Positions 1 to 10,255 of a stretch of 64,000 bases of DNA are shown one piece after another (position 1 is the stretch's first letter; every line of letters starts with the position of its first letter). This DNA comes from Candidatus Bathyarchaeia archaeon (GTDB taxonomy: Archaea; Thermoproteota; Bathyarchaeia; Bathyarchaeales; Bathycorpusculaceae): positions 32,001 to 96,000 of the forward strand of contig JBEKTQ010000006.1 of assembly GCA_049515895.1 (NCBI GenBank), in the 5' to 3' direction. A program made the translations under genes and the position numbers. The notes beneath the pieces were generated by a model, which was not told the DNA's origin, did not search any database, and was given only the letters and a program-made list of their open reading frames with translations.

Positions 1-1013
1 ACGTCGGCGTTGGTTCTCTGTACAACGCTCTCCTTCACATCAAAGTCGAATACCTTCTTCTTGCCTTTCTAATGTATTTTGGAATAAACCTCCTTTTCAC
101 AGTGCGGCTGAGACGGGTCTTAAGTAAAAACGGCGTAAAAACATCTTTTGGCAAAACTTTACTCGCCCAATATGGTGGCATGCTAACAAGCGACGTCACA
201 CCGGGACGATCAGGATATATTCTTACACCGGTTTATTTACTTGATCAGAAAGTTCCAACATCAAAAAGTCTTTCAAGTGTGCTGGGGATTCAAACTTTCG
301 AATTTCTAATTAAAGTAGTCGGTGGAATTGGCGCCGTAATTTACCTTGTGAAGTTTGTGCCAACAAGCGTATGGAATCAACTTTTTCCCACCCAGATTGC
401 TGGAATTAACGTGGCGTTGCTAATTGCGGCGCTTGGCATCGCTTTAATGATGACTGGGGCAATCGTTCTTGCACTTTTTACATGGTCCAAGAGAGCTATC
501 TCAATATTTGATCGAATCGCAAACTCCCGATTTCTGAAAAGGTTCACTGGCGGCTTAATGGGAAAGCTTGAAGAATACAAAGGAAGCGCTTCCAGTACGA
601 GTAAGGCAATCCCGGAAATAGTTATTTTGACCGTAGCATGCTGGATTTTAAAAGGGTTTGAGTGGTACTTTTTAGGCTACGCTTTAGGGATTACGCAGAT
701 ACCGTGGATAGCCTACTTCCTAGTTCACCCATTGGTAACGGCTCTAGCATTTGTTCCTATAACTCCCGCCGGAATTGGGGTGCAAGAATTTGGAATTATC
801 GGCATTTTCGGATTGTTGCTTAACGTTCCGGCTCATCCAGAACTGATACCGACAATCGCCGCTTTCGCTCTACTTGCCCGAGGTTTGCTCATATTTGAGG
901 ACTTAGCAGGTGTACCCCAAATCGTAAGGTCGACAAGCCTTATCTTTTCCCATCGAAAGTCTGATGACCAACTTGAGCCGAAACCTGGCACTTCACCCGT
1001 GAACCCGGTTTAA
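1..1013 (+). CDS. Lysylphosphatidylglycerol synthase-like / flippase-like membrane protein (UPF0104 family), 5'-truncated by window edge
   Basis: Frame is open from the window start (VGVGSLYNALL...). Multiple TM segments; TPGRSG and PITPAGIGVQE motifs typical of the family. Confidence 0.8.
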   Translation, partial: VGVGSLYNALLHIKVEYLLLAFLMYFGINLLFTVRLRRVLSKNGVKTSFGKTLLAQYGGMLTSDVTPGRSGYILTPVYLLDQKVPTSKSLSSVLGIQTFEFLIKVVGGIGAVIYLVKFVPTSVWNQLFPTQIAGINVALLIAALGIALMMTGAIVLALFTWSKRAISIFDRIANSRFLKRFTGGLMGKLEEYKGSASSTSKAIPEIVILTVACWILKGFEWYFLGYALGITQIPWIAYFLVHPLVTALAFVPITPAGIGVQEFGIIGIFGLLLNVPAHPELIPTIAAFALLARGLLIFEDLAGVPQIVRSTSLIFSHRKSDDQLEPKPGTSPVNPV

Positions 1014-1066
1014 GTAAAAAGATTTTACGTTGAATTTTCTTTAGCTTTGTTGCTGCGAGGTTAGAT

Positions 1067-1555
1067 ATGACTGCTGAGTTCTCCTTAAGGCAAATGCTGC
1101 CAACTGATGAGAGCAGGCTTAAGGAAATAGCGGCTTTGTCTTTTTCAAGGTTGATGGGGTTCTTTGCTGTCCACAGTTTGTTTTCGGAAGCGGGTCAAGT
1201 GCTTGTTATGGAGGTGCATGGAACAGTTGTTGGGTTTGCAAAACTGATCGACTTCCAAGTAGTTGGCTCTAAGTTCGGCTGCGTACTTTGGATTGCTGTT
1301 CACCCAGATTTTCGACGAAAAGGCGTCGCGAATGCACTTACCACCGGGGGGATTCGACGTCTCAAACATGATAGTGCTAAAGCAGTGTTTGCTTCTGCGC
1401 AAAGACAAAATACTGTTGTCTTGACTGTTTTGAGCCGAAGCGGTTTCAGAAGAATAGGTTTCTTGGAGCTTCGACAGCTTTTCGGATGGCGGGTCTTCCA
1501 GTTTTACAGGAGCATTTGGCTTGCTCCCGGCGAAGTCGTCTTAATACATTACTGA
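1067..1555 (+). CDS. GNAT family N-acetyltransferase
   Basis: Acetyl-CoA motif A (IAVHPDFRRKGVA) and downstream N...GF motif. Confidence 0.85.
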   Translation: MTAEFSLRQMLPTDESRLKEIAALSFSRLMGFFAVHSLFSEAGQVLVMEVHGTVVGFAKLIDFQVVGSKFGCVLWIAVHPDFRRKGVANALTTGGIRRLKHDSAKAVFASAQRQNTVVLTVLSRSGFRRIGFLELRQLFGWRVFQFYRSIWLAPGEVVLIHY

Positions 1556-1869
1556 TAAACAACGAGTGCGGCAAGTCGTTAGGATAATTCTAAGGTCCTT
1601 AACTCCCACTCGTTCGTTTTGAGGAGACACACAGAGGATACCACTTACCCAACTGCAACTGCATATTATTCTATTTATTTCAAAGAAATTTGCTTGAATT
1701 AAGGCAAGATGAAAATGAAAGAAGGTTAAACTTTGGGGATTAGTCTTTCTCCAGTTTTTACTTCTGGACCCGCTACGATTGGTGTTAACTTGGAATCTAC
1801 ATTTTCCGAGTTTTCACGATTAAATATTTAAACCCAAAGGCTCCTTTAAGTAGGCAAGGAGTTGCGGGT

Positions 1870-3381
1870 ATGGTTGAATCAGTAGACAATCCTCTTATTG
1901 CTTACAATGTTCTAGAGAAAAAGATCCTTAAGGCTGGCCTTTGCACGGCATGCGGAGCCTGCGAAGTTGCCTGTCCTGTGCAGGCATTGCAGGTTGAAGG
2001 CGAAAAGGTTAAACGGTTGTGTGATTGTTCAAAGGAACTTGACCTTTGCCCTATCTGCTACGAGATTTGTCCTCACTCTGACAGACTTCTTCTAAGGAGT
2101 TTGCGTCCGGTTTCAGATGCGCCTTTCAGAAATGAAGCATTAGGGTACTATAGGAAAATGCTTCTTGCACAAGGGGCAGACAAGAAGTTGAGAGAACATA
2201 GCCATGGTGCCGCTGTGGTCACTTCACTCTTGAAGTACGGGATTGAGGAGAAGATTTTTGATAGCGCAATTGTTTCGGAAGGCGAGGCCGAGAATCCGTC
2301 CAAACCAAAGCCTTCAGTCGCGACTGTCCCTGACGATATTCTTTCAGCTACTGGCTCGAAGTTTTTCCCTTCAGCGGTTGCAAGAGCATTTGGAAGTGCC
2401 GTGACCGGATATGGAAAAACAAAGATAGCATTTGTGGGTGTACCCTGTCATATTTTGGCGCTTCGCAAGATGGAAGCGTGGCAACATAAGTTCAGTGCGA
2501 ACCTGAAAATAGCGATTGGGCTCTTTTGTTTCGGATCCTTTTCGTTGACTCCGATTCTGGAATATATAACAAAAACTTACAAAATCAAGCCCACTCAAAT
2601 TAGGTCCATGCACCTTTCGAAAGAGTTTGTCCTAGAAACAGAAAAAGGTGAAATAAGGATACCGATGGAAGAAGTCGAGCAGCATATTCTGCAAAGTTGC
2701 CGGACGTGTACGGATTTCGCTTCTGAGGTGGCTGACATCTCAGTCGGAGGCGCTTATCCATTAACAGATTGGTCAATTGTCATTATCAGAACTAAAGCGG
2801 GCGAAGACTTCTTCTATGGCGCTGTTGAAAAGGGCATAATCAATACGTGGGCCATAGAAGGAGAGCCGAGAGTCTTTGAGCGCGTGGTCAAAGCCGCATT
2901 AACTAAGAGAACCAATGCTCTCAAAGCAGTCAAAAAATTGGAGAAACAATATGGCTTCCTCCCTGTCCGGCTCTTGAGAGATACAGAAACACTTGCCAAA
3001 GTGAAAGTCAAAGACATAATGAAACCCCATGTCAAAACGGTCCCAAGCAATATGACAGTCACTCAACTTCTTGAGTTGATGGCAAAACATCAATACACTG
3101 GATATCCAGTCACAAATGAAAGCGGCGAACTTACTGGCACAGTGACAATTGAAGAAGCGTACACAGTGGACAAGAAAGACAGAGACAAAACCCTTGTAAG
3201 TGCTATAGCCAGACCAAACCTCGACGTTGTTTATCCAGAAGAAACGGCTCTCGACGCATTAAGGAAAATGAGTAAGCAAGAAACTGGAAGAGTTATAGTG
3301 CTTGATCCATCGGACCCAAAGAAACTGATAGGTATAGTCACTAAAGCGGATCTAATGCATGCACTCGTGAGCTGCAGCTAG
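1870..3381 (+). CDS. Coenzyme F420 hydrogenase/dehydrogenase beta subunit (FrhB/FpoF family) with N-terminal ferredoxin domain and C-terminal CBS pair
   Basis: CTACGACEVACP and CPICYEICP ferredoxin motifs; GVPCHI, GLFC, CRTCTDF and DISVGG FrhB motifs; C-terminal KVKDIM...YTGYPV...LIGIVTKADL is a CBS pair. Confidence 0.88.
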   Translation: MVESVDNPLIAYNVLEKKILKAGLCTACGACEVACPVQALQVEGEKVKRLCDCSKELDLCPICYEICPHSDRLLLRSLRPVSDAPFRNEALGYYRKMLLAQGADKKLREHSHGAAVVTSLLKYGIEEKIFDSAIVSEGEAENPSKPKPSVATVPDDILSATGSKFFPSAVARAFGSAVTGYGKTKIAFVGVPCHILALRKMEAWQHKFSANLKIAIGLFCFGSFSLTPILEYITKTYKIKPTQIRSMHLSKEFVLETEKGEIRIPMEEVEQHILQSCRTCTDFASEVADISVGGAYPLTDWSIVIIRTKAGEDFFYGAVEKGIINTWAIEGEPRVFERVVKAALTKRTNALKAVKKLEKQYGFLPVRLLRDTETLAKVKVKDIMKPHVKTVPSNMTVTQLLELMAKHQYTGYPVTNESGELTGTVTIEEAYTVDKKDRDKTLVSAIARPNLDVVYPEETALDALRKMSKQETGRVIVLDPSDPKKLIGIVTKADLMHALVSCS

Positions 3382-3607
3382 TGGTCGGCTAAGAGAATCA
3401 AGGATTCTTGGCAGCGTAAAGTGCGATTGCATTATTGGGAAAAGGCTGTGGCGCAGAAGATTTACGGTGGACCTAACCCTCGACTTAGTGACAAGACTGC
3501 CCTCGAGTGTTCGGTTATCAATCAAGCCGACAGCAATTGCGTGGTAAACGGAGCCTTCCACTAAATTCAACTTTATTTGATTGTTTCGGCGGTTTTGGGT
3601 AGATAAA

Positions 3608-3614
3608 CTTATAT
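3608..3614 (+). promoter_or_regulatory. Putative TATA box of the hydrogenase operon
   Basis: AAACTTATAT about 100 nt upstream of the nuoA-like start in an AT-rich spacer. Confidence 0.35.
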
Positions 3615-3713
3615 GCATTTAGCACGCCGCATGGATATAATAAATGCAAATTTAACGCTATCTTGGGGAGTAGTTGGTGTTAAGGAACAATATCATGAAT
3701 GGAGAGATGCCGC

Positions 3714-4058
3714 ATGTTTGAAGAAGCCCTCGAAGAAGCAGTCATCGCATTTGTTTTAATATTCATATCAACATTCGTGATTTACAGTTTAGGCAAAAGA
3801 TCAGCGCCTAAGACCGCTATAAGCGAAAATGAGCAGGCATCTTACGCGTGTGGAGAGAAGGCTTCGTTCTTCGGGTTAAAAATCAACGTATCCTTGTACA
3901 AATATCTGATTTATTTTGTTATCTTTGACGCTTCCGTTTTGTTGATTGCTTTTGCTTCTTTTTCTCTGACGGGCACTAGTCCGCTTTACCTTTTCCTATA
4001 TCTCAGTATAATTCTAGCTGCGCTCTTTATTCTTTTAGAAGGAGGAAGCGGAGATTGA
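3714..4058 (+). CDS. nuoA: Complex I-like membrane subunit A (NuoA/FpoA-like)
   Basis: Three TM segments, YACGE motif, YFVIFD. ATG at 3714 preferred over 3699. Confidence 0.85.
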   Translation: MFEEALEEAVIAFVLIFISTFVIYSLGKRSAPKTAISENEQASYACGEKASFFGLKINVSLYKYLIYFVIFDASVLLIAFASFSLTGTSPLYLFLYLSIILAALFILLEGGSGD

Positions 4059-4600
4059 TTGCTAACGCAGTTACATGGGCACGTGTAAAATCCCCCTGGG
4101 TTTTACACTTCAACTCAGGCGCCTGCAACGGATGCGATATAGAAATAGTCGCACTGCTCACACCAAAATATGATGTTGAACGCTTCGGAATAAAACTTGA
4201 GCCTTCGCCACGCCACGCCGACGTTCTGCTAGTGACAGGCTGTGTCACCCAGCAATGTGCAGAACGGCTAAAACGAATATATGATCAGATGCCGCAGCCC
4301 AAATTCGTGGTAGCCATCGGTGCATGCGCATGCTCAGGCGGAGTCTTTGAAGGAAATTACAACGTGGTCGGCGGCGCAGATAAGGTGATTCCAGTTACAG
4401 CTTACATACCTGGATGCCCCCCGCGTCCAGAAGCACTAATGGACGGAGTGGTTAAGCTTCTAAATGCGCTAAGTCCGCCTAAACCGAAGAAGCAGCCCAA
4501 GCAGCCGAAGCAGCCTAAACAAGAAGAACCTGTTGAAACACCAACTCCGGTTGAGATTAAACCAATAATTGAGGAGTCAAAAGTAGATGCCAAAAAGTAA
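4055..4600 (+). CDS. nuoB: Group 4 [NiFe]-hydrogenase small subunit (NuoB-like) with Pro/Lys/Gln-rich tail
   Basis: GACNGCDIEI, SPRHADVLLVTG, GACACSGG and IPGCPPRPE motifs; TTG start; PKQ repeated at the C-terminus. Confidence 0.92.
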   Translation: MIANAVTWARVKSPWVLHFNSGACNGCDIEIVALLTPKYDVERFGIKLEPSPRHADVLLVTGCVTQQCAERLKRIYDQMPQPKFVVAIGACACSGGVFEGNYNVVGGADKVIPVTAYIPGCPPRPEALMDGVVKLLNALSPPKPKKQPKQPKQPKQEEPVETPTPVEIKPIIEESKVDAKK

Positions 4601-6161
4601 AATAGATATTATTAAAGTAATCGAAAGCAAGCTTGAAAATAAAGTCCAAATTCAACTAGGCCAACTCGGCAAGGCCGTTGTAGTCACAAACAATGGTTTC
4701 CACAGAGACGTTATGAAAGCCATGGTAGATGCTGATGAGTATACTGCCATTTCAGCCATCACAGGTTTAGACCTAGGAGCAAACTTAGGCGTCTTATATC
4801 ATGTTCGCACTTCAAACTCTTTCGTAACCCTACGCGCAGAAGTGCCCAAGGATAACCCTAAAATTCAAACCTTAACCGATATTGCTCCCAGCGCAACCTT
4901 TCATGAACTGGAAGTAACAGACCTTTTGGGTGTGGTTTTCGAAGGTAACCCTCTTCCCGGGCATTTCGTCTTGTCGGAATATTGGCCTCAAGGTGTGTAT
5001 CCGTTAAGAAAAGATGTCAAAGCAAGCGAAGTAAAACTTAACCCGCCACCGGCCGAAGATACGGAAGAACCTGACATGGGAAGAGTCGTAAAAATCATCG
5101 TAGGACCCCAGCATCCAGCGTTGCTTGAGCCAGAAAAATTCGCAGTGACAGTTGATGGAGAAACAGTAACAAAAGTTGAGCCCCGAATCGGCTATGTTCA
5201 CAGAGGCATTGAGAAGGCAGCTGAGTCACGTACTTACCTGCAGGATGTTTACTTGGTTGAGCGCATCTGCGGAATATGCAACGTGATACACGGTTGTAAC
5301 TTTGTCGAAACCGTCGAAAAGATATTAAAAACAGAAGTACCTTCAAGAGCCAAGTACCTTCGAGTAATAGCTTTAGAACTTAACAGGTTGCACAGTCACC
5401 TTTTGACCTTGGGTCACGCAGGTCTAGAAATTGGTTACGAGACTCTTTTCCAATATTTCTGGCGAGACCGTGAACCGATCATGGATCTCATCGAATTAAC
5501 CAGCGGCAACCGAGTTTACTCATCACTTATGACTATAGGCGGCGTAAGACGGGACATCAGAGAAAGCGACATTCCCAAAATCAAAACAACCTTGGTAGAT
5601 TTGAGAAAGAAGCTCCCGTTCTACAGGAAAATCTACGAAGAAGAGCCTTCAATCAGAGCGCGCATGAAAAACGTAGGCGTGCTCAAACGCGAAGACGCTT
5701 TAAAACTCGGCGTTGTCGGTCCAGTTGCCCGTGGATCAGGCGTAGATATTGACGTACGCAAGGATGAGCCTTATGAAGCATATGCTGAGATTCCGTTCAA
5801 AGAGATAGTTTACACCGCCGGCGACACTTGGGCAAGGATGAACGTTCGCATGGACGAAGTTGAAGAAAGCATCAACATAATCGAGTACGCGCTTGACCAC
5901 TTGCCAGCAGGTCCCTTCAGGGTAAAAGCGCCGAGGGCTGTTCCTGCAGGCGAAGCGTGCAACCGTGTTGAAGCACCAAGAGGCGAACTATTCGCTTACG
6001 TTAGAAGCAACGGCACAGCTTTTCCTGAACGTGTCAAAGTTCGCACACCAACCTACGCTAACATTCCCGCATTCCTTAAGACGGCAATAGGTGAAAGCAT
6101 TGCTGACGTTCCTCCAAACTTTGTTAGCTTAGACCCCTGCTTCTCATGTACAGATAGGTGA
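4587..6161 (+). CDS. Fused NuoC + NuoD-like [NiFe]-hydrogenase large subunit
   Basis: N-terminal NuoC domain (ELEVTDLLGVVFEG...YPLRKD); GPQHP and GYVHRGIEK; L1 RICGIC and L2 DPCFSCTDR Ni-binding motifs. Confidence 0.92.
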   Translation: MPKSKIDIIKVIESKLENKVQIQLGQLGKAVVVTNNGFHRDVMKAMVDADEYTAISAITGLDLGANLGVLYHVRTSNSFVTLRAEVPKDNPKIQTLTDIAPSATFHELEVTDLLGVVFEGNPLPGHFVLSEYWPQGVYPLRKDVKASEVKLNPPPAEDTEEPDMGRVVKIIVGPQHPALLEPEKFAVTVDGETVTKVEPRIGYVHRGIEKAAESRTYLQDVYLVERICGICNVIHGCNFVETVEKILKTEVPSRAKYLRVIALELNRLHSHLLTLGHAGLEIGYETLFQYFWRDREPIMDLIELTSGNRVYSSLMTIGGVRRDIRESDIPKIKTTLVDLRKKLPFYRKIYEEEPSIRARMKNVGVLKREDALKLGVVGPVARGSGVDIDVRKDEPYEAYAEIPFKEIVYTAGDTWARMNVRMDEVEESINIIEYALDHLPAGPFRVKAPRAVPAGEACNRVEAPRGELFAYVRSNGTAFPERVKVRTPTYANIPAFLKTAIGESIADVPPNFVSLDPCFSCTDR

Positions 6162-6165
6162 CCTG

Positions 6166-7152
6166 ATGATTGACTTTTGGCTGATCTTAAGAATACTAAT
6201 CTTTCCAGGCTTTGCGTTCATCTTGCTTCTAACTTTATTCTGCGATTGGATTGAGCGAAAATTAGAAGCTCGCATTCAGAATCGTGTAGGTCCGATGGTT
6301 GCAGGCCCAGCTGGGATTCTTCAACCGTTTGCCGATTTCATTAAGCTGTTGACAAAAGAAGACATCGAACCGAAGAATTCTAAGAGAGTTGTTTTCACGT
6401 TTGCCCCACTCGTAGCCTTTACCATCATGGTTTTCGCCATGTGCTTCCTGCCTGTGGACGGTTCAAGTGTGCTTTCAAGCACAGGATTCAATGGCGACTT
6501 GATTGTTATTTTAGCGTTTGTTACAATCGCAAACTTTCTCTTGTTTCTTTCCGGATGGGCATCATGCAATCCTTATGGCACCATCGGCTCAGCAAGAGTT
6601 CTAACTCAGTTCCTCGGTTACGACATACCGCTTTTTCTAATTGCCCTGACACCCGCCTTTATCGCTGGGAGCTTAGGGATATTCGCAATTGCCGCAAGTC
6701 AATCCATTCCATACATCATATTGGCGCCGTGGGCTTTCGTGCTTTTCATCGTAGCTTTGCAAGCAGAGCTCGAAAAAGACCCCTTCGATGTTCCTCATGC
6801 AGAAAGCGAAGTAGTTGGCGGATTGGAGACTGAGTACACAGGGGGCAAACTGGCTTTTCTTCATTTGACACGCGATGTTCAGATTGTTTTCGGCTCAGCC
6901 TTGGTGGTTGAATTGTTCCTTGGCGGACCATATGGTCCAGTGTTCTTTGGATTGCCAGCGTTCTGGTACTCGTTGTGGTTTGTAATCAAACTGCTAGCGG
7001 TTGTGGTGGTTACCGAGTACGTGACAACTCTTTTTGCAAGGTTGCGCATCGACCAGGTTTTGTCAGCTAACTGGAAGATAGTCCTGCCGGCAGCCGTTTT
7101 GTCGCTAATGCTTACAGTAGTAATGGTTACTTGGGTGTACCCCTTGGTGTGA
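6166..7152 (+). CDS. nuoH: Complex I-like membrane subunit H (NuoH/FpoH-like)
   Basis: ERKLEARIQNRVGP, QPFADFIKLLTKE and PFDVPHAESE motifs. Confidence 0.92.
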   Translation: MIDFWLILRILIFPGFAFILLLTLFCDWIERKLEARIQNRVGPMVAGPAGILQPFADFIKLLTKEDIEPKNSKRVVFTFAPLVAFTIMVFAMCFLPVDGSSVLSSTGFNGDLIVILAFVTIANFLLFLSGWASCNPYGTIGSARVLTQFLGYDIPLFLIALTPAFIAGSLGIFAIAASQSIPYIILAPWAFVLFIVALQAELEKDPFDVPHAESEVVGGLETEYTGGKLAFLHLTRDVQIVFGSALVVELFLGGPYGPVFFGLPAFWYSLWFVIKLLAVVVVTEYVTTLFARLRIDQVLSANWKIVLPAAVLSLMLTVVMVTWVYPLV

Positions 7153-7158
7153 TAAAGA

Positions 7159-7542
7159 ATGGTCAAAAAATCACGAATATCTCCGATGTGGAAAAGAACC
7201 GTTTCGCACATATTTACGAAACCTGCAACAACCAAATACCCGTTTGTTAAGCCGCAGCTTGCTGAAGATTTCCGAGGTAGGCAAGTATTCGACATCAATT
7301 TATGCGTTAGTTGCGGTCTGTGCAGCAGGGATTGTCCAGCCAAAGCGATTGAAATGGTTGAAGTCGAGGGTAAGAAACGCCCTCAGTTCCTTCTTGACAG
7401 GTGTATCTTCTGTTACCAATGTGCCGAAAGTTGCCCTAGAAACGCGATAAAAAGCTCAGTTTTCTACGAGTTGGCTACCACTGACAAATCATCATTGACT
7501 ATGAAGCCTCAAGCAACTTGTGAGAAGGATGCTCCTCAATGA
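7159..7542 (+). CDS. nuoI: 2x[4Fe-4S] subunit I (NuoI/FpoI-like)
   Basis: T-x-x-YP...FRG; CVSCGLCSRDCP and CIFCYQCAESCP. Confidence 0.92.
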   Translation: MVKKSRISPMWKRTVSHIFTKPATTKYPFVKPQLAEDFRGRQVFDINLCVSCGLCSRDCPAKAIEMVEVEGKKRPQFLLDRCIFCYQCAESCPRNAIKSSVFYELATTDKSSLTMKPQATCEKDAPQ

Positions 7543-8000
7543 TACTTGAAATCCTCTCGGTTGGCTTGCTTGTTTCCGCTTGCTTGGCTCTGTTCCTTGA
7601 CGAAGTCATATACTCTGTTGCTGCTCTATCTGGGACTTTTCTTTTCACAGCATTACTCTACGCTGTAAACGGCGCGGTTTACGCGGCGATTTTCCAGTTC
7701 GCCGTCGGTGTAGGCACATTAGCAATCTTGTTTTTGTCAGGAGAAATGTTAAGCAATAAATCCACAAAGAAAACACCGCCTGCAAAGACTTTCGCCTTGA
7801 TTGGCGCAGGAGTCGTTTTATCATTACCCGCGATCTTTCTGTCAATTTCCAGTTCATCAGGAAACTATTCGCCGGTGTCTTTTGGGGAGGCCCTTTGGAA
7901 TTTTAATGGACTGGACGTTGTCCTACAAGCCTTAGTCATCTTGACTGTCACGCTTGGAATCGCTATCGTTCTATATGAGCAAAGGAACGGTGGGAAATAA
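7539..8000 (+). CDS. nuoJ: Complex I-like membrane subunit J (NuoJ-like)
   Basis: Hydrophobic, AIFQFAVGVG motif, located between I and K. Confidence 0.75.
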   Translation: MILEILSVGLLVSACLALFLDEVIYSVAALSGTFLFTALLYAVNGAVYAAIFQFAVGVGTLAILFLSGEMLSNKSTKKTPPAKTFALIGAGVVLSLPAIFLSISSSSGNYSPVSFGEALWNFNGLDVVLQALVILTVTLGIAIVLYEQRNGGK

Positions 8001-8314
8001 TGGACTTTGTCATACTATCAATTGCAATGCTGGCAATCGGAATCTACGGGTTATTAACTAATCGCCAACTCTTGAAAGTCTTCATTTCAATAGAGCTGAT
8101 CGCCACTGCCGCAACACTGAATTTTGTAATGCTTGCCTCTTCTGCAGGTCAAGGTTTAGGACAAGCCCTTCTGATACTAGCGTTTTCAACCGACACCGCA
8201 GTCAGCGCAGTAATTTTGGCGTTGCTAGTCATCGTAACGAAAAAGTATGGGACAAGTAACATCAATGAAATACTAAAAACGCAGGAAAAAACTGAAGTGG
8301 AGGCTGAAACATAA
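8000..8314 (+). CDS. nuoK: Complex I-like membrane subunit K (NuoK-like)
   Basis: GIYGLL...ISIELI...LNFV; 104 aa with three TM segments. Confidence 0.85.
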   Translation: MDFVILSIAMLAIGIYGLLTNRQLLKVFISIELIATAATLNFVMLASSAGQGLGQALLILAFSTDTAVSAVILALLVIVTKKYGTSNINEILKTQEKTEVEAET

Positions 8315-10251
8315 TGGCGTTTGGTATTACTATCTCTGCATGGCTAGTTTGGATAGTACCACTTATTGCATGCGTCTTCGTTCCATTGATCGCAAAAAAA
8401 GGCGACAAAATTCGAAACTACTTTGTGATTGCCGTCTCAGTTGTAACAGCAGCCTTGGCGTTATCCCTTGTCCCAAGCGTCTTTTTCGGCAATGGGCAAG
8501 CTACGGAATCAACAATCGCTTGGATTTCAGGCATCAACGCTGGAGTGTACATTGATCCGCTGTCGGTTTTGTTCACGTGCCTTGTTGCCTTCTTCGGGTT
8601 AATTATCGCCATTTACTCTTGGGGTTACATGAAAGGCGAAGAAGGATTGTCACGTTACTACTTCCTGATTCTGCTTTTCATAGGCTCAATGATTGGCCTT
8701 GTGATCACAGACAACTTGCTTCAAATGTTTATTTTCTGGGAAATGGTAGGCTTATGCTCTTATGCTTTAGTTGCTTTCTGGTTTAAACGGCCTCCATCGG
8801 TTAGTGCAGGCAACAAAGTTTTTATTATGACGCGTATCGGCGACGTATCCTTGCTTGCTGCAATAGGCATACTTTACGCGGGTCCTTTAGTTGGCGGGCA
8901 GGCAATTGGCTCATTCAGCTTCCGTGGAATAATCGCTGCTCTTACATCCGCCGCGGGCGCTGGAACTTTGAATACGGGACTCTTGGTTGTTGTGTTCTTT
9001 TTGGTTTTAGGCGGTGCTATCGCAAAATCAGCCCAGCTTCCGTTGTTCACTTGGCTCTACAGCGCAATGGAGGCTCCAACTTCAGTCAGCGCTCTATTGC
9101 ATGCTGCCACAATGGTCAAGGCAGGTGTCTATCTTCTTGCAAGGTTCATACTCATAGCTACAGTAGCTACACCGCTAATTGTTGCGCTTCAACCGCTCTG
9201 GTTCCCAACTGTCGCTTGGATAGGTGTTTTAACGGCGTTAGTTGGCGCCACACTCGCAATCACTACAACCGACATCAAAGGAGTACTAGCATACTCAACT
9301 GTTAGCCAAATCGGTTTCATGATGGCTGGCTTAGGCGCAGCTGTTGCGGGAGCAGCGACAGTCGGCTGGTTTGCAAGCTTATTCCACATGGTAAGCCATG
9401 CTTTCTTCGAAGGCCTTGGATTCCTCCTTGCGGGAGGCATCATCCACGCACTTGGGACAAGAGACATGCGATTAATGGGCGGCTTAAGGAAAGCTATGCC
9501 TGTAACCTTCATTTTGATGCTCATAATGGTCATAACGACAAGCGGTCTGCCACCGTTCGCCGCTTTCTTCAGCAAAGGCTTAATCATCTCAAGCGTAACC
9601 AACATCGGAACCTACGCCAGCCTGATACAGGCAATTCTGCTTTATGCCACCGCTGCGATTACGTTCGCTTACGTGATCCGGATGTTAAGCTTGGTTTTCA
9701 TGGGTAAAGAATCAGAGCATTTAGAAAAGCAGCATCCCCATGAAGCTCCACAAGTCATGCTGATTCCAGGTGCAATCCTCGCAGGGTTATGCGTTATTTG
9801 GGGGTTAGGGATGCCCTTAGTTGTGAACTTTATGCATTTAAACAGCCTTGGAATCTCGCTGCTTGGCTCATTCACTGACATAGAAACACCAATCTTCTTG
9901 GCGCTGCTGGTTCCGACAGGTTTGCTTGTGTACTGGGCTTACTACAAGAACGTCATGGGAATAAGAAGTGTTGGTGGCGGTTCAAATCCAATTGCTACGA
10001 TGCTGAAACACGGTTTCTTCTTTGATGACCTATACTACGCCGTAGCCAAGGGAATCGGAAAGTTTTCTGACGGCCTCAAATATGTCGACGATTCAGCGAG
10101 TCTGGCGTTAGACTCCTTTGCAGGTGGGTTTGTGCGTCTCTCTTTAAAGCTGAAAAAAGTGCCATCTACGACGGTTCAAAATTATATCGCCGCCGGAATA
10201 ATTGGTTTCATACTAATTGTAGTCCTGATAATATTAACGGTAGGGGTGTAA
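8314..10251 (+). CDS. nuoL: Antiporter-like subunit L (NuoL)
   Basis: FWEMVGLCSY, KSAQLPLFTWL, AMEAPTSVSALLHAATMVKAG, LAYSTVSQ and HAFF motifs. Confidence 0.93.
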   Translation: MAFGITISAWLVWIVPLIACVFVPLIAKKGDKIRNYFVIAVSVVTAALALSLVPSVFFGNGQATESTIAWISGINAGVYIDPLSVLFTCLVAFFGLIIAIYSWGYMKGEEGLSRYYFLILLFIGSMIGLVITDNLLQMFIFWEMVGLCSYALVAFWFKRPPSVSAGNKVFIMTRIGDVSLLAAIGILYAGPLVGGQAIGSFSFRGIIAALTSAAGAGTLNTGLLVVVFFLVLGGAIAKSAQLPLFTWLYSAMEAPTSVSALLHAATMVKAGVYLLARFILIATVATPLIVALQPLWFPTVAWIGVLTALVGATLAITTTDIKGVLAYSTVSQIGFMMAGLGAAVAGAATVGWFASLFHMVSHAFFEGLGFLLAGGIIHALGTRDMRLMGGLRKAMPVTFILMLIMVITTSGLPPFAAFFSKGLIISSVTNIGTYASLIQAILLYATAAITFAYVIRMLSLVFMGKESEHLEKQHPHEAPQVMLIPGAILAGLCVIWGLGMPLVVNFMHLNSLGISLLGSFTDIETPIFLALLVPTGLLVYWAYYKNVMGIRSVGGGSNPIATMLKHGFFFDDLYYAVAKGIGKFSDGLKYVDDSASLALDSFAGGFVRLSLKLKKVPSTTVQNYIAAGIIGFILIVVLIILTVGV

Positions 10252-10255
10252 TGAA

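Noticed and set aside
3379-3564. The TAG stop of the FrhB-CBS gene is followed by 60 in-frame sense codons (possible amber/pyrrolysine readthrough)
   Set aside because: The CBS pair is already complete at the TAG, the extension resembles nothing recognisable, no pyl genes are in the window, and such a run can occur by chance.
4587-6161. Reading the operon as NADH dehydrogenase or a non-hydrogenase Fpo/Mbx complex
   Set aside because: No NuoEFG genes are present and all four Ni-ligating cysteines are retained.
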